Positions 48,469 to 60,900 of a DNA stretch of 64,000 nt are shown here, in pieces. Every line of letters begins with the position of its first letter. Within the stretch, counting starts at the first letter, position 1. The DNA is from Klebsormidium nitens. Its lineage: Eukaryota; Plantae; Klebsormidiophyceae. The DNA is taken from the NCBI GenBank assembly GCA_000708835.1, contig DF237094.1, forward strand, positions 109,045-173,044, in the 5' to 3' direction. A program made the translations under genes and the position numbers. Below the pieces are notes generated by a model. That model did no database searches. It was not told the origin of the DNA and saw nothing but the letters and a program-made list of their open reading frames with translations.

Positions 48469-49369
48469 GCCCGCCAGAGCTATTCGGAGACAGCAACCTC
48501 AGACAACTCGGCAGACACGCACCGAACAATCGCATGAAAGCAGCTTCAAGGGGGAGCGGAACGGGAACTTCAATCCGAATCAGACAGATACAAAGCAAGG
48601 GTAGAACAGAAGCACCATCTCTAGTTAGACGACGAACGATTCAAATCCTCCTGTGAAAGCGCAAACCATTTCCGATTACGCCCTGCATCAGCAAAAAGAA
48701 GCATAAAAGGCGGTGGGACCAGTAGGTCGAGGCAAACTTTCGCAAAAGCCTGGGACTGAGGTGCTCACTTGGGCTTCTAAGCAGCAACGACGCTTGCACC
48801 CCGTCTAGAACGACCACGAAGAAGAGTTGTAGATGGTTTCCTGCAACGGGCAGGGAGAATGTTATAGCGGCAGGATAAGGTAAAACCTAACGAGCTGCAA
48901 CTCTAAGCAGATAAGTTCATCTACCAACCTGCGGATAGATTGAAGAGAGCTTTCTGACGGTGAACGTTCAGGAGCTGCCCGCAAACCCAAGTTGCCAGCA
49001 AATCTCGAAGGCGACTTCGTTTGGTGGATCCAGCTTGTCAAATCAAAAGGGGTCTGACATTCCCCGCCGCTGCGTGCGAAGCGACTAAGCTTATGGATTT
49101 GGAACAGCGCAAATCCAAAGCAGCGCTCAGCTGATGTAACAGACAGACTCCTTGTTCGCTGAACTAAAGGCAGACTGATCCGGAGTGTTCAGACACTCAG
49201 CATCTACTGTGAATTCTGCTCCGTGAACACATCACCAACTGAACACAATCACCGAGCTCGATCGATCAGATTGTGGAGCACTCACCAGAGAAATTGACAT
49301 CTCAGGACTGCGACTCCCAAGCGCTTCATCTGACGTCACTTCACTGACGTCCTCACGCATCCACGCAAA

Positions 49370-49896
49370 TTGTGCCGCTTGCAGCTTCGCACGCGCGGGT
49401 GCTTCTCACTCCGCGGTCGCCCGCACACCTGGAAGGAAAAGGGCGAGCACCTCAGACCCTGTCCTTGGGCAGTCACGAAAAGCACCCGCCTTTGCATCCC
49501 GGTGTTAGAAATATGCCTTCTCGGGTGCACCTGTGGAGAAAAACGCCTATGGGAACCAGCTTTCCCGGCATACGCACAGACGACTTACAAGGTCTAGGCA
49601 AAGCCCCGACCAACGCGCTGCCTGCAGAGCCGGTAAAGTGGGCTGGCCCCATTCTATCGTCGGCAGCCCTGCAGAAAAGTGGCGGGGGGAGAAACTGGCC
49701 AAGAAACAACCCCCCCGGAGTGCAAACAGACGACTTACAGGACCGGGGCAGAGTCCCGACTGCAAGCGATGTTTGCCTGAGCCGGGAGATGAGCTGCTCT
49801 TGGCCCTACGACGTATGAGGAGGACAGACTCGAAAGCGGAATGCAAAGAGGGGGCTTTCTGCTTTGCGCACAAGGGCCAGGGTCTGAGGTGCTCAC
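49370..49896 (-). mobile_element. Inverted-repeat element copy 1 (arms 49445-49467 and 49871-49894); 49896-49429 reads as a GT-AG intron on the minus strand
   Basis: gagcacctcagaccctgtccttg pairs with caagggccagggtctgaggtgctc. The minus strand begins GTGAGC and ends cttttccttcCAG. Homologous to 50462-50878. Confidence 0.55.
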
Positions 49897-50461
49897 CATG
49901 ATAAAAGAGGGGTTAATCTCTTCATAGAGCTTCGCTTGCAGGATTTGCTCGTTTCAGGAACTGCAGTCCGGCGAAAGTACGACGGATGCTCCCCATTTCA
50001 AAGTCGCCGCACCAATGGATCGCCCAGACCGCCACCACGCCGTTTGCTGCAAGGAAACTGTCTCAGTCAGCAACATAACAGCCCTGGCCAAAAACAAGTG
50101 ACGTCAGAAGGGTGACGGGATGTGACACTGACGAGATGTTTTGCGTGAGGTTTGATTGACGGCAAGCCACTAAGGCACAGTCAGCCTAGCTGGACAGCCA
50201 TCTCGGTCCTCTGAATGCGGGCTCTCCCGCTGGACAGCCATCTTAGTGTTCCCTCGTTTGGGTGAATTTGCAGGATTGGCAGACCCGGCCGAAGTATGAA
50301 GGCAGCGATCCCCTATTTGTTTGACCAAACCAGGCTGAGTCATCGTCAATCTCGAGAAGAGTGCTAGGCGAAAAAGCTAGAGAGGGGCTCACCTTTCTGA
50401 CGTCAGATGTCTTGAAGTCGCCGCAATCTGACGTCATTCACATTTAAATAGCGCCCCACAC

Positions 50462-50878
50462 CAATTGCAGACGCCGCTTCTTGCGCGATCGCGCTTCTCG
50501 GCCTCCGTTCGCCGGCATACCTGGAAGGGAAAGTGCGAGCACCTCAGACCCTGTCCTTTGCGCAGCCACAGAAGCACCCCTCTGTGCATCCCGGTGTTAG
50601 AAAAGCATCATCTTCGCAGCCCGGGAGGTTCACCTGTGGAGAAAAGACCTATGGGTAACCAGCTTCCCGGGATACGCACAGACCACTTACATGGGCGGCG
50701 CAAAGCCTTAACCAAAGGGCGCTGCTTGCAGAGCCGGTAAAGTGGGCTGGCCCCATTCTATCGTTGGCAGCCCTGCACAAAAGTGGCGGGGGGAGAAATT
50801 GGAGGAGAGAAAGACAGACAAGGATGCCAAGGAGGGGCTTTGGGCTTGCCGCACAAGGGCAGGGTCTGAGGTGCTCAC
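50462..50878 (-). mobile_element. Inverted-repeat element copy 2 (arms 50537-50560 and 50854-50876); 50878-50521 reads as a GT-AG intron on the minus strand
   Basis: Same arms; internal block gcagagccggtaaagtgggctggccccattctatcgt is shared with copy 1; minus strand aag|GTGAGC ... tttcccttcCAG. Confidence 0.55.
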
Positions 50879-53800
50879 CTTTGTGTAACTTAGCGTTGCG
50901 CCAACTGCAAACTGAACGTAGAATCGCCAGTATGACAGCAACACTGTTGTCCCCCAGCCCCTGCAGAAAACAGTCATGTTCAGTGGAGAGTAGCTTGAGA
51001 GGAGATGACAAATCATTGTTTACCTGTGACAAATTGGATCAGGGAATGAGAGCGGGATCTGCCTGAACGAAGGATGACTTCATTGAAAAGAAGGACAAGG
51101 ACTGACTTTGTTAACAGGCTCTTGTCGCGTGGCCTGCACACGTCTTCCAGTTGCGTACAGTAACGCATGACCTACTTCTAATAAATTCGCATGCTTGGCT
51201 GCCAAACTGGACCGCACACCTTCCTTGAGAAACATGCAAGCAGTGCACTCCGCTCAGATGCCCAGCCTGCCGGCACCATAAGCAAAAACTTTGTGTTTGT
51301 TCATAAGACAGAAAATAGACACAGAAGAGCCAAGTCGCAAAACGAGAGGGACCGAAGTGCTGACCCAAGGAGAGCCTCGGAGATAAGAGCGGCGGTTGAA
51401 GAGAGTAGGACGTCAAGTTCTGGAGGCTGCGCTTGAACCAGGTCCATGTGTCTACTCCAGAAAGTAAACGGGATCTCAGGTAAAATGCACCAGGATAGGA
51501 CTCTGATTCTGAGCCAAACAGAAGGGAGGAGACAAAATGAAGGGGCGTCGAGAAATTTAACGAGGCAAAACTGGAAGCCTGTGCTCAGGAAGCTTACTTC
51601 TCCTCGCACATCAAGAGTTGCGAATGTGAGAACCTAGGTACAACTCGAAATCGCTAGAAGCGCTAAGCTGAAGAAGGCTATATTCAATCTAGGACAACTG
51701 GCAACCTTCCTGAACTGAGGCATCAGACACCAAAGGAAGCATCTGAGAGCACGCTTTTGCCAAAAGAACCTCATGCTTGATCGCAGGGCTGGCGCCTGTC
51801 TCGTGTGTAGTAGATCTGATGCTTCGCTGTGGTTAAAAGCCCTCAATTCTGCTACTTCTCAAAAGAAAGACCAGGGTCCATCCTAGAGAAACACCAAGCA
51901 GCAGGTCAGCTTGAAACCAGCCTTGTTCCCAGTGCCCCCTGCCACACTCGTTCTGCTTAAGAAACAATTGAGGAGCATAAAGAACCGCTCATATGAAAGC
52001 ATAGACTCACCTTGCTCCCTTTAGCCAGTGTCAGAGACTTGCAGGCAGCCCCTTGATGGAATGCTGAGCTGGAAGTGCGCGCTGTAATCTCCATTATAAC
52101 CACACAGCTCTGTGATCGATCTTGCTAGGCTGGCTTTGGCGGAGCGCTGGCGGAGTTCAAGTTTTGGAGGCAAGGACGCACTGCGAAATCTGCTGATTTG
52201 TGCTGGGTAAAGAAGTGAATGCCAAACAGTGGCCAAGACAACGAATTCATAGTTGCAGGAAAGCAGCGCAGCTTGAGAGACAGAGGTCAAAGCAGCCTGG
52301 AAGAGTCTCGGCACTCAGGCTGAGCTGCATTGCTGCCATCTAAGCTGCGTCAGCTCGCCCTCGTGCGCCCTCTCCTTCTGAGAAGGCACCTCTGAAAGCT
52401 GCGCTGGATCTCTGCATTGTCAGCGCGGAAGACAGCGAGCTACACCACGCAAGCAGAGCAAAGCGTTTGTCCTCAGCAAAACTCAGTCTCATGGCAGAAT
52501 GGCTGCCCGGTCTTCAGATTCCCTCAACCGGTCAAACTTTGAAGCGGGTGGGTGACGGTTCTGTGGACTACCCCGGTTTGTTGCGCTTGAGTCAGTCGGG
52601 CCACACAAATGATATACCAGGTTTGTGACGGTCACTTGAACCGGCACCTGCTGGGCTGTTAAAAGGCATGTTTCGACCGGGGCGTGACTACGGGGCCTAA
52701 AGACTGAGCAGCATGATAAAACCTCAGCCTGCCTAAACCCGGCTTCACTACCCGCGGCGCCGTAGCCCGCCGCGCCGGCACAGTTCATGGCGCCCCGCGT
52801 GGCCTGATCGAGGCGGCTGCCGCCTGCTGAGCTGCGCGCCCGCATTTGACCACTTTGAAATCCAGCTGTTGAGAGCTGGAAACAGCAGTGCTGATTGTGA
52901 ACGTGAAGTAGTCCTGAGCATAGCAGAAGCGCCTGAGAACTGGAGAACTAGGGGTGGAGAAGTGGCGCCGCTTTGGTCGCCGCAAAGTGCATGCCTTGCT
53001 TGGGGGAGCGGACCACCACAACTAGCATGAATGTTGCTGTCGCGCAAGGCAGTGGCCCCAGTAACACGGAAGCAGCCGAGAGGAAGTAGCCGGACCTAGG
53101 CAAGTGAGACTGGCCGATCTCAGTCATAGTGTGCATGCTGATTATCTTCCTGATAGCGTATACGTGTTTTGAGCTTTATTGTCATGGGCGTTGCCTTCAA
53201 TCCTTACAGAGTTGAACGCGTGCCTCTGTTGTACTTCTTGGGCCGCTCTTACAAGGGGGAACCTTCTTTTATTCTGTGAGAAGCAAAAACTTACAGCTGG
53301 AAAGTAATGCAAAGTCTGATCTGGCATACAAGTCGGGTACAAGTCCAAGTTTATTTTTGCGAAGAGTTTGATATGAGGTGTGTACATGTGAAGCGCATCC
53401 TCGAGTCGCCCGCTCTCTGGTGGGAAGAGAGTGACAGAAGCAGCAAGTCGATCAGCGCGATCATTCTGATGGTCGCTCTTTGTTCTCCTTCTTTTGAAAG
53501 AAAAGTGCGCTTGCTTCTTCGTCAATAACTCACTGAGTGGAAGCGATAAGCATGGTCATCACGTCTTCTGTCGGATTCAAAAGCTACGGCTCTTTTGACT
53601 TCTGTCCTCAACCTCGGTGCTAGCTAGCAATAGCCTCTTTTCTAACTCCATCTCTGGAGAGCAGTGTGCCTTGTTGTTTCCAAAGTCCTGTCCGGATGCT
53701 TGACGAAGTAAGGGAATTCCCTGGCAGCTAGTTGGAAGATGCAAGTGGTACTATGCATAGCCCATAGGTTCAGGCCCTAAATTGCCCGTCTGATGAGACG

Positions 53801-53950
53801 GGTACCATAACACAGGAGGCCGAACGTGGTCACATGTTTCCGATGAAAGGGATGGTGAGACTACGGCCGCGCGCGACACCGCTAGTAATATTGGTGCCAG
53901 GACCTGGGCAGGGCCTTACACAGTGTGAAAGCCGCTGATGACTAGCAGCC

Positions 53951-54446
53951 ATGATGGCAGACATGTCGATGAGCACGGGGCTGAGCGGAGCTAAGACGTC
54001 GTATTCGAACGGTTTGTACCAAATCATCACTTTCCCTTCCCGCCTCCAGGAGAGCGGGAGCTCGATACTGTCCTTTGTCGTCAGAATTCTGGCATCGGAA
54101 TCACGTGCCTGGTCCACATGCACCATCATTCCCCTTTTCCTTTGCAGTGATCAGGTTTGACAAACGGAGGGCGTATGAGCTCCAGCTGAAAGGCGACCTT
54201 GTTGCGAAGATCACCGCAATCGGAGACTCGGCTTGGGCCACCATAGATTTCTGGGATGCACAAGGGAACAACGTGCAAACACCGGAGGTCGTCACCCTGT
54301 TTGGGCCGTTCGGGGGAGTGGTTCCCCTGAAGTATGGGCAATACCGGCTCGCTTGGCGGGATAAGTACAAGCTGAGCGTCGAAGGCGGGAGTACTTATCA
54401 TTTCACCCCCCCAAACGAAAGTTGGGTTTACATCACCGAAGCTTGA
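53951..54446 (+). CDS. Small hypothetical protein (~120 aa), exons 53951-54011 and 54148-54446
   Basis: ATG exon ends at G|gtttgt; strong acceptor ccccttttcctttgcag; in-phase product ..SNVIRFDKRRAYELQLKGDLVAKITAIGDSAWATIDFWDAQGNNVQTPEVVTLFG..YRLAWRDKYKLSVEGGSTYHF..*. Family not recognised. Confidence 0.6.
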
Positions 54447-54724
54447 GTTTTTTGTGGAGTACGGTTTGTAGGAACAGAAGTTGCCACGCGAGTCCTTGCG
54501 CATGAACCATACATGGTCTCTAGCATCCCTGTCCATGAATATATCATCATGTGGGATGCAAAGATGAATAAAGACGCAGGACGTCCCTGATTGCGCCCAG
54601 AACGCTTTTAATGGGCGCCGTGACTCCAGTGACGTGACACGTGCAAGGCAAGGAGCGCATCCACAAATCGAGGAGACGTTATTATGTGGGCTTAATAATC
54701 CTGACATGTCACGATGTTCCTATC

Positions 54725-57320
54725 TAGTTTATAAGCGTCTAATGAAAGCCAGATGTACTTTCCCCTGCGTTGAACTTTCAATCAAATGGAAATGAACGGC
54801 TGTCGAGATGTGTGAATACATGTGTCCGGTAAAATGTGTCTTTACCCACCAGAGCCAGAAGTGCACTAGCTAGTTGGCCCTATTGTGTTGAACGGCTTGA
54901 GCCGCCTCGCATCGACCCTACAGGGTCCGCGCACAGGCCTCGGTTAGGGCGGAGCTGGCCGACGCTGGACAATAAGTTTAAAGCATCGTTCGCATGCGGT
55001 CAGTGCGCGGCTACCACGGGACCATGACGTCACCACAGTCCAGTTCGTAATCAAGACCTGGCTGGCGTCCTATTTTCGGCGCCGCACGTTATCATCCTAA
55101 ACCGCATTGCATGCCTTTATGAACAGTTTCTGCAGGGAGACAGGGACGCTCATGGAGTTTACTTAGCACTTCCGTTAACAAACTTGCATGAAAGGGTCAA
55201 CCGTCTCGCCGCCCGTCTCGCCGTAACTCTTCTCATTCTTGCACACGCACTGCTTACGCGAACTACTGATGCGCGTTTTGAGGCTTCTCACCTTTCCACG
55301 TTCAGAAACGCGTATTTAGGTTCGAAAGACGTGCACGGCGTCGACCACCTTTTTAAGCCCCTGGGCGAGGATTATACGGAGGCAGCAACTATCGGGGGCG
55401 CCGGCGCCTTCTTTGAGCCGAGATGCTGATGGCACTCTTGTCTCCAGAGTAGAGTTCCTGTCGTCCTTTCTTTTAGCGGTCGGCTCCCGTTTTCCAGATT
55501 GGCGCAACGTCCACTTTGGTTGGCTCTGCGGTCTCTCGTTGCTGCGCATTGCCAAAACGAACTTGCTGGGACGCTTCACCATTGGAGGTGTTCAACCGAG
55601 TTGCCCAAGACTGCACGTGCGACCGGGGCGCGGCGGGCCCGGGGCACAGACTGCTTGCGTTGCTCGCGGCCGCGGCTTACAATCTCGTGGGCCCCTAAAC
55701 CCCGCGCGGCTTCAACCCGGGCCGCCGGCGCCGCCGCATGATTGATGTTGCGTCAGGGGCTCAGAAGACGTGGCGTTTTGCTTGACTTTTCGTGTGTCTA
55801 CAGTCACAGTGGAAGAACAGGACTAGGAGCGATACCAGCAATATGGATCATGATGCAGGCGCCCGGGGAGAAGGCAGCGGGAGTCGATGAGCGAGCGAAG
55901 AGGACGGAGCCTGATCTGGGCAAGTGACACCTGTTGAGCTTGATTGAGATCGTTTCCGTCAGCACCTCTTGCCTGCCCAGCCTCCTCTTTGCACTCTGAC
56001 TGCGGTGGCGGTTTTACGAGCGCCCAGTAGACCTTCAATCTAGCTTTTAAAAGCAACCACGTACTACAGCTGAAGTTGGTTCATGCAGAGTGATTGGCTA
56101 GCTGACGCCTCAGGATCTTCAGGTCTACTGGAATGAAAAGGATAATCTTGGAAACGGATTGGCTAGCTGATTGTTCTGACATGAACGGTAACAAGTTCCT
56201 CAAGGACATTCTCTGGCTGCTGCCAATATTCAAAGGAGACGGGTCGCTTGCTCTGCCATCTACACAAGCTTCTGCTGGATGTAATTGCAACTCGTCTGTG
56301 TTGCATACCCGCACCCGGTCTTTCGCCCCTGATTTGATTCCATGGAACAATTCCAAGGAACAAAAACTGCACTCTCAACGTACGACTCGTATCTGATATT
56401 CTTGCATAGTACGGCCGAGAATGTTGTCTTTATTCGAGCAATCTCTTGTCTTGAATTCCGGTTACGTAATTATTCAATGTATTGATGGCCCCGCATGAAT
56501 GCGCCACAGACACGCGCGGTCTATATGCCTTGTGATGCGGCGCGGGCCGCGAGCACGACACCGCACATTTGCAAAAGGAGAAAACGGTCTGTACGCGTCT
56601 CATTAATCCTGACACGTTGTTCACGAGCTTCTAAGCGTCTACTTAAAGCCAGACTTGCTCCCCCTGCGTTTGACTGCATGCGCATGCCATATGATCATCT
56701 AGAAGGATATTCTGCAGGGATCTGCATGTCCTGTCAGTCATGTTATTAGTCCCAGAGCCAGATTGTATGAGCAGTAGGAGGGCTCGAGCCGCCTTGAATC
56801 GACTTCATGGTCCACCAGCGCGCGCGGCGGCAGCTTTGGTGGCCACTGCACGTCATGCCGGCTGGCCGCTTGGCAACAGGTGAAAAAACAGAGTGGTTTG
56901 CATGCGGGCATGAGAGTCGAAAGCGCCACGAAGTCACTGACCCGGAGTCGAATGCATAAATCATTACCATCTTGTCGATGCCCACCATCACCACTCTAAC
57001 TGCATGAAAGTTGGTGAAGACGAGACACTTAACATAAGGACGCTCACGGGGTTGGCCCTCAGATCTTGCAAGCAAATGGCCCAGCCGCTTGGTGCAACAC
57101 TTTTCGCAGCTACAAGCACTATTTACTCGAAGCACTCGCTCGAGGCTTATCAGGTCTTAGAGCGCTACTTTTTTGCGTCAGCGGTTCTCGTAGGCTTCGA
57201 GAGACCTGCACGGCGTTAGCCACCCTTTTGAAGCCCCTGCGCGAGGAGTCTAGAGAGGCGGCTACCTTCGGGGGCGCCTCCTTTGAGGTGATACTTGCCT
57301 CGGGCGTAGTGCTCAGAAGA
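54725..57320 (+). repeat. Old ~1.9-kb-period tandem duplication (54725-55430 versus 56625-57320) with decayed coding remnants
   Basis: taagcgtcta..aaagccaga..cccctgcgtt; ccagagccaga; gagccgcct(c/t)g(c/a)atcgac; gcacggcgt..ccacc.ttt..agcccctg.gcgagga..gaggc.gc..c..tcgggggcgcc are shared. HGVDHLFKPLGEDYTEAATIGG versus the frameshifted LKPLREESREAATFGG. Confidence 0.7.
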
Positions 57321-57963
57321 TCCTGCAAGTGGAGAGATGTACAAGTGATCGAACGAGGGCTCGGGTTGGGACTGTAATGCTTTAAGTATCTCGCTAGCTG
57401 CTCTGCAGTCTCCGCCTAAAGCCAAGTGGTAAACTCAAACCGGCCGCCTAAGGAGTTAAAGAAATGGTGAACAGAATAAAATACAAGCCAAGTATATAAA
57501 GGCATTCTCTGAAGTTTGGACCAAGAGCTCGATGGTTCACAAACAACAAATGTTGCGCGAGTAGCGTAGACACAGCAGGCGGAAAGAATCGAAAGCCCAT
57601 GAACATGGCAACAGCCCGGAAGCTCTGAAAGAGAGTGTGCAAGATCAAGCAGTATCTCAAGTCTTCAGCGAACGGCTGCCTAAACTGTCAATTCATAGAA
57701 GCTGACAATCCATCGCTTCTGTATGGTACGTTGGCGGGGGACAAAGACGGGGTGCGCTCTGTAACCTTCTAACGCAGCGAACAAACGATTCCATTTTCCT
57801 GATTTCGATGCTATCGCAGCAGAACAGAAGATTCCTGGTGCGCTAGCCAACTCAAGAAGAACAGTAGTCAACAACAGCAGAGCGCAAAAGGGCGGGCTCA
57901 AAGTATCGGTCCATAAATTCCTGCCCAAACCCTGCAATTGTCGAAAGCCTGGTCAGACTTGTT

Positions 57964-60900
57964 TCAAAGAAAATCTTCAAGCCTGTTCAAACGACTTGGA
58001 GTCTGGAAAGGCAATACCAGCGCGACAACCTCAAAAAAGAAACTCCGAGGCGAAACTAAGTCACATCGTAGACTTGTCCATCTGGAATAGCCAACCAAAC
58101 TCACAGAAAAGCTGCCCTGCGTTCCTCGGGAGTGCGACCCCGACATGCTGGCAGTCATTTGCGCGAGAACCGCCGGCAGCTGCGTCTGAAGAAGCTTCTC
58201 GTAAAAGGCGTGCAGACTCTGAATGCGTTCCCTGCAACAAGGAGCAAAGCTGGTCAATGACACCGGTTTGATTAGACAATCGTGGGCTTTGAGTAAAAGA
58301 CGAGCTCGTCAGGCCGGATCTGGAGGCGTTCCTGCAAACAGTAGAGACTTCCTCTACTAAGAAAGGCTAATCTGAAAAATCGTTCATTCAATACATACGT
58401 CCGCCAGCGAAAGTGGGGACTTCCTCGAAGTAGGTGTTGTAAACGCTCCTACGTATTCACCGGACGGCTAAAATTGCGCAACCGCCATTATTTTTCAAGC
58501 TCTTACCTGGTCATTGCGGTGACGCCGTCATGCAGTTTCGGTGATGGCAACCGTCAGACTCCTCACACAAAATTTTGGAAAGACTGCTTGGTCTGCAGCG
58601 ATTAGAGTTCTTTGTAAGAGACGGATTCTACGGCGGCGTTTCCAACAGATATCAATCAGAAGTCGTTTGTTGAAGATAAGTGACGACCTCCTCCGCTACC
58701 GAGTGGAAAATACTCCGAAAAGCAAGAGGGAGATGCTGTCTCACTCGTAGAGCGATTGCAAATGCTGCAGCTGTCGGCTCTGCTCCAACCGCATCGTTAG
58801 GAAGTCCCGCTTCGTAAATGTCTCTCGGCTTTCGTCCCCATTTGCGGGCGCCGACGTGCTTGCCGTCCCCCGCTCGGTAACACTCCCCGGTCGCTCCGTA
58901 ATGGTCGGCACGCTGCTAAAGCCCCTCTCAGTTGCATTCCTCGGGCGATCGGTGACGGTCGGCTCGCTGCTAAATTCCCTCTCGGTTGCATTTTCCAGAC
59001 AAAGTTCGTTGTCGAGGCGCCTTGGCTCAGCTTTTCTTTCCTGTTTTCCGGTAAACGTTCCTGGGGGATCCGAAGTCGTCGCTGGCTGAATCCCGTTCCT
59101 TTCAGGGGCACCATTTGCTCTCTGACCATTTGCTCCAGTCACGATCTCCGGCGCAAAGTCGATCCCAAGCGCTTTCGCGAGTCGTTCCGTTCCGGCCGCT
59201 TCCTCCGCCGGATCGTACCGTCGAGCCGACAGCGCGCCAAGTGGCAGCCGCGGAACGACCGGGCCATTTGCGCGCACGTTCGAGACTTGCGCGTTTTGGG
59301 TTTGCACGTCCTGGTTTGAAAGGTTTGGGGGGTCTGAACTTTGGGTTTGTGAGTTCTGGGCTTGGGAAATGGAGGGTAGTTTGTCCCCCGCTGACTGTTC
59401 CATCGTTCCATTCCGCTCGGAAGCAATCCCGCTCGACTGCGCTCCGCCTCCAGGGGCTGACGTCAGCTTTGGCAGGGATGCTGACGTCGAAGCCGACGCT
59501 GACGTGGCAGCTTTTGCTAACGTGGAACCCCCAGGTTGACCGTCCCGGTTAGCGGCCTTCGACGCGTTCCTCTGCAAATGGCTGTCCCTCCGCAGATTTC
59601 CGCTCTTCTTGGTTCCGTTCTTGGGCGTTCCTTCCGACGAAGAAGACGCCTCTTCTCCCTTTTCGCTTTCTTTGAGCGCCCCAGCAACCCCTTTTTTCCA
59701 CAAATTCAGGCTCGGAATAAACTTGCCCGTTTTCCGCGTGTTCAGAACTGGGCTCGGGCTCCGCGCTGGCCCATTCGCCAGCGGATGCTCCGGTCCTGAA
59801 CCAGTGTCAACAGTCTCCGCTCCGTTTGCTGCGCCTGAGATTGACACCGACCCAAACCCGGCCGCCCAGTTGAAGTCCCCGGGAAGAGGCGCGCTCATCG
59901 ACATGAGATTGTTTGCCGCGATTCCGAGGACGGGCGGCGACTCGTCCACGCTTCCGATCCGCATGTTTGTCGCCTCACGAATCTTCGCAGTCAGGCTCGC
60001 GACGGCTGCCGCAAAGTCGGCGTTCGTCACGCCTTTCCGCCGCGGATCCATCTCCGAAGGGCGACCATTGTACGGGAACAGCTCCTCTTCCCCGTCGCCG
60101 TTTCTGTCCACGCCTGATACCCTATCCCCCAACGAGGCCCTCATTCGCTTCTCGATCGCCCGCAGCTCTCGTCCATTTTGCCCCGCACCCCCCCTCGTGC
60201 TGGGCCTAACACTCCTCGAACTCAACTCGCCCTTCTGCCGGGGGGTCCTGGTGTCAACCCCCCGGGCCGACGCCCACCCCTTGTCCCCATTGACACTTTT
60301 CACCGCGTCCTTTTGGATGGAGTCCCAGTCCCCCGGCGCCAGGCTCCGCGCGAGTTTCCGGTTGATGTGAAGCGCGCCAAAAGCGCGGTCCGCCCGTTTT
60401 TTCTCCCAGGCTAGTTGTCCGCGTAGGCCCCGGTTGCGCCGCTCCAGGTCGCCGATGCGCGCGCGCAATTTGCGGACGCGCGTCTGATGGATCTGCTGCA
60501 TGACGCCGTCCTGCACAGACGGGGGCCGGGTTTGTTTGCACCAAAAAGAACGAGCAGATCGGGAGTAATGAGAAGAGTGGGAAAAGTGACGAGCGGAAGA
60601 AGAAGCAGAGAACGTGGGAAAATGTAGAAGCAGGGAAGCGGGGAAGCGTTAAGAACGGCGAAGCGGAGAGGCGCGAAGACAACAGAGACGAGGAAAGTTC
60701 GCGACCGGTGCACATCGTAAGATCGGACGGTAAAATCTATCTAGGTTGTACAAAGAAGCAGCGATCCAGCATGTGACGTCGGTCTGGCTTGGATCGGTAT
60801 TCTGCCGTAGGTTTCTGTGTCTGAACGAAACTGCGACCCGCGAGAAAAGACACGCTCGTCGTGTTCCTGTCATGGGCCCGAGACACTCGTACGTTCCGAT

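Noticed and set aside
48176-48480. Identical 12-mer gcccgccagagc on both sides of the gap
   Set aside because: Most likely contig-end overlap or a collapsed repeat; cannot be interpreted without reads.
47828-48604. Long ORFs spanning X residues
   Set aside because: Artefact of translating the N gap.
51050-53530. Possible minus-strand multi-exon gene (donor at 52010, ORFs 52021-52314 and 53142-53525)
   Set aside because: Splice-like signals exist but every frame has stops and nothing is recognisable; at most a decayed gene.
59609-60370. 253-aa plus-strand ORF and neighbours
   Set aside because: Antisense shadow of the large minus-strand exon; no motifs.
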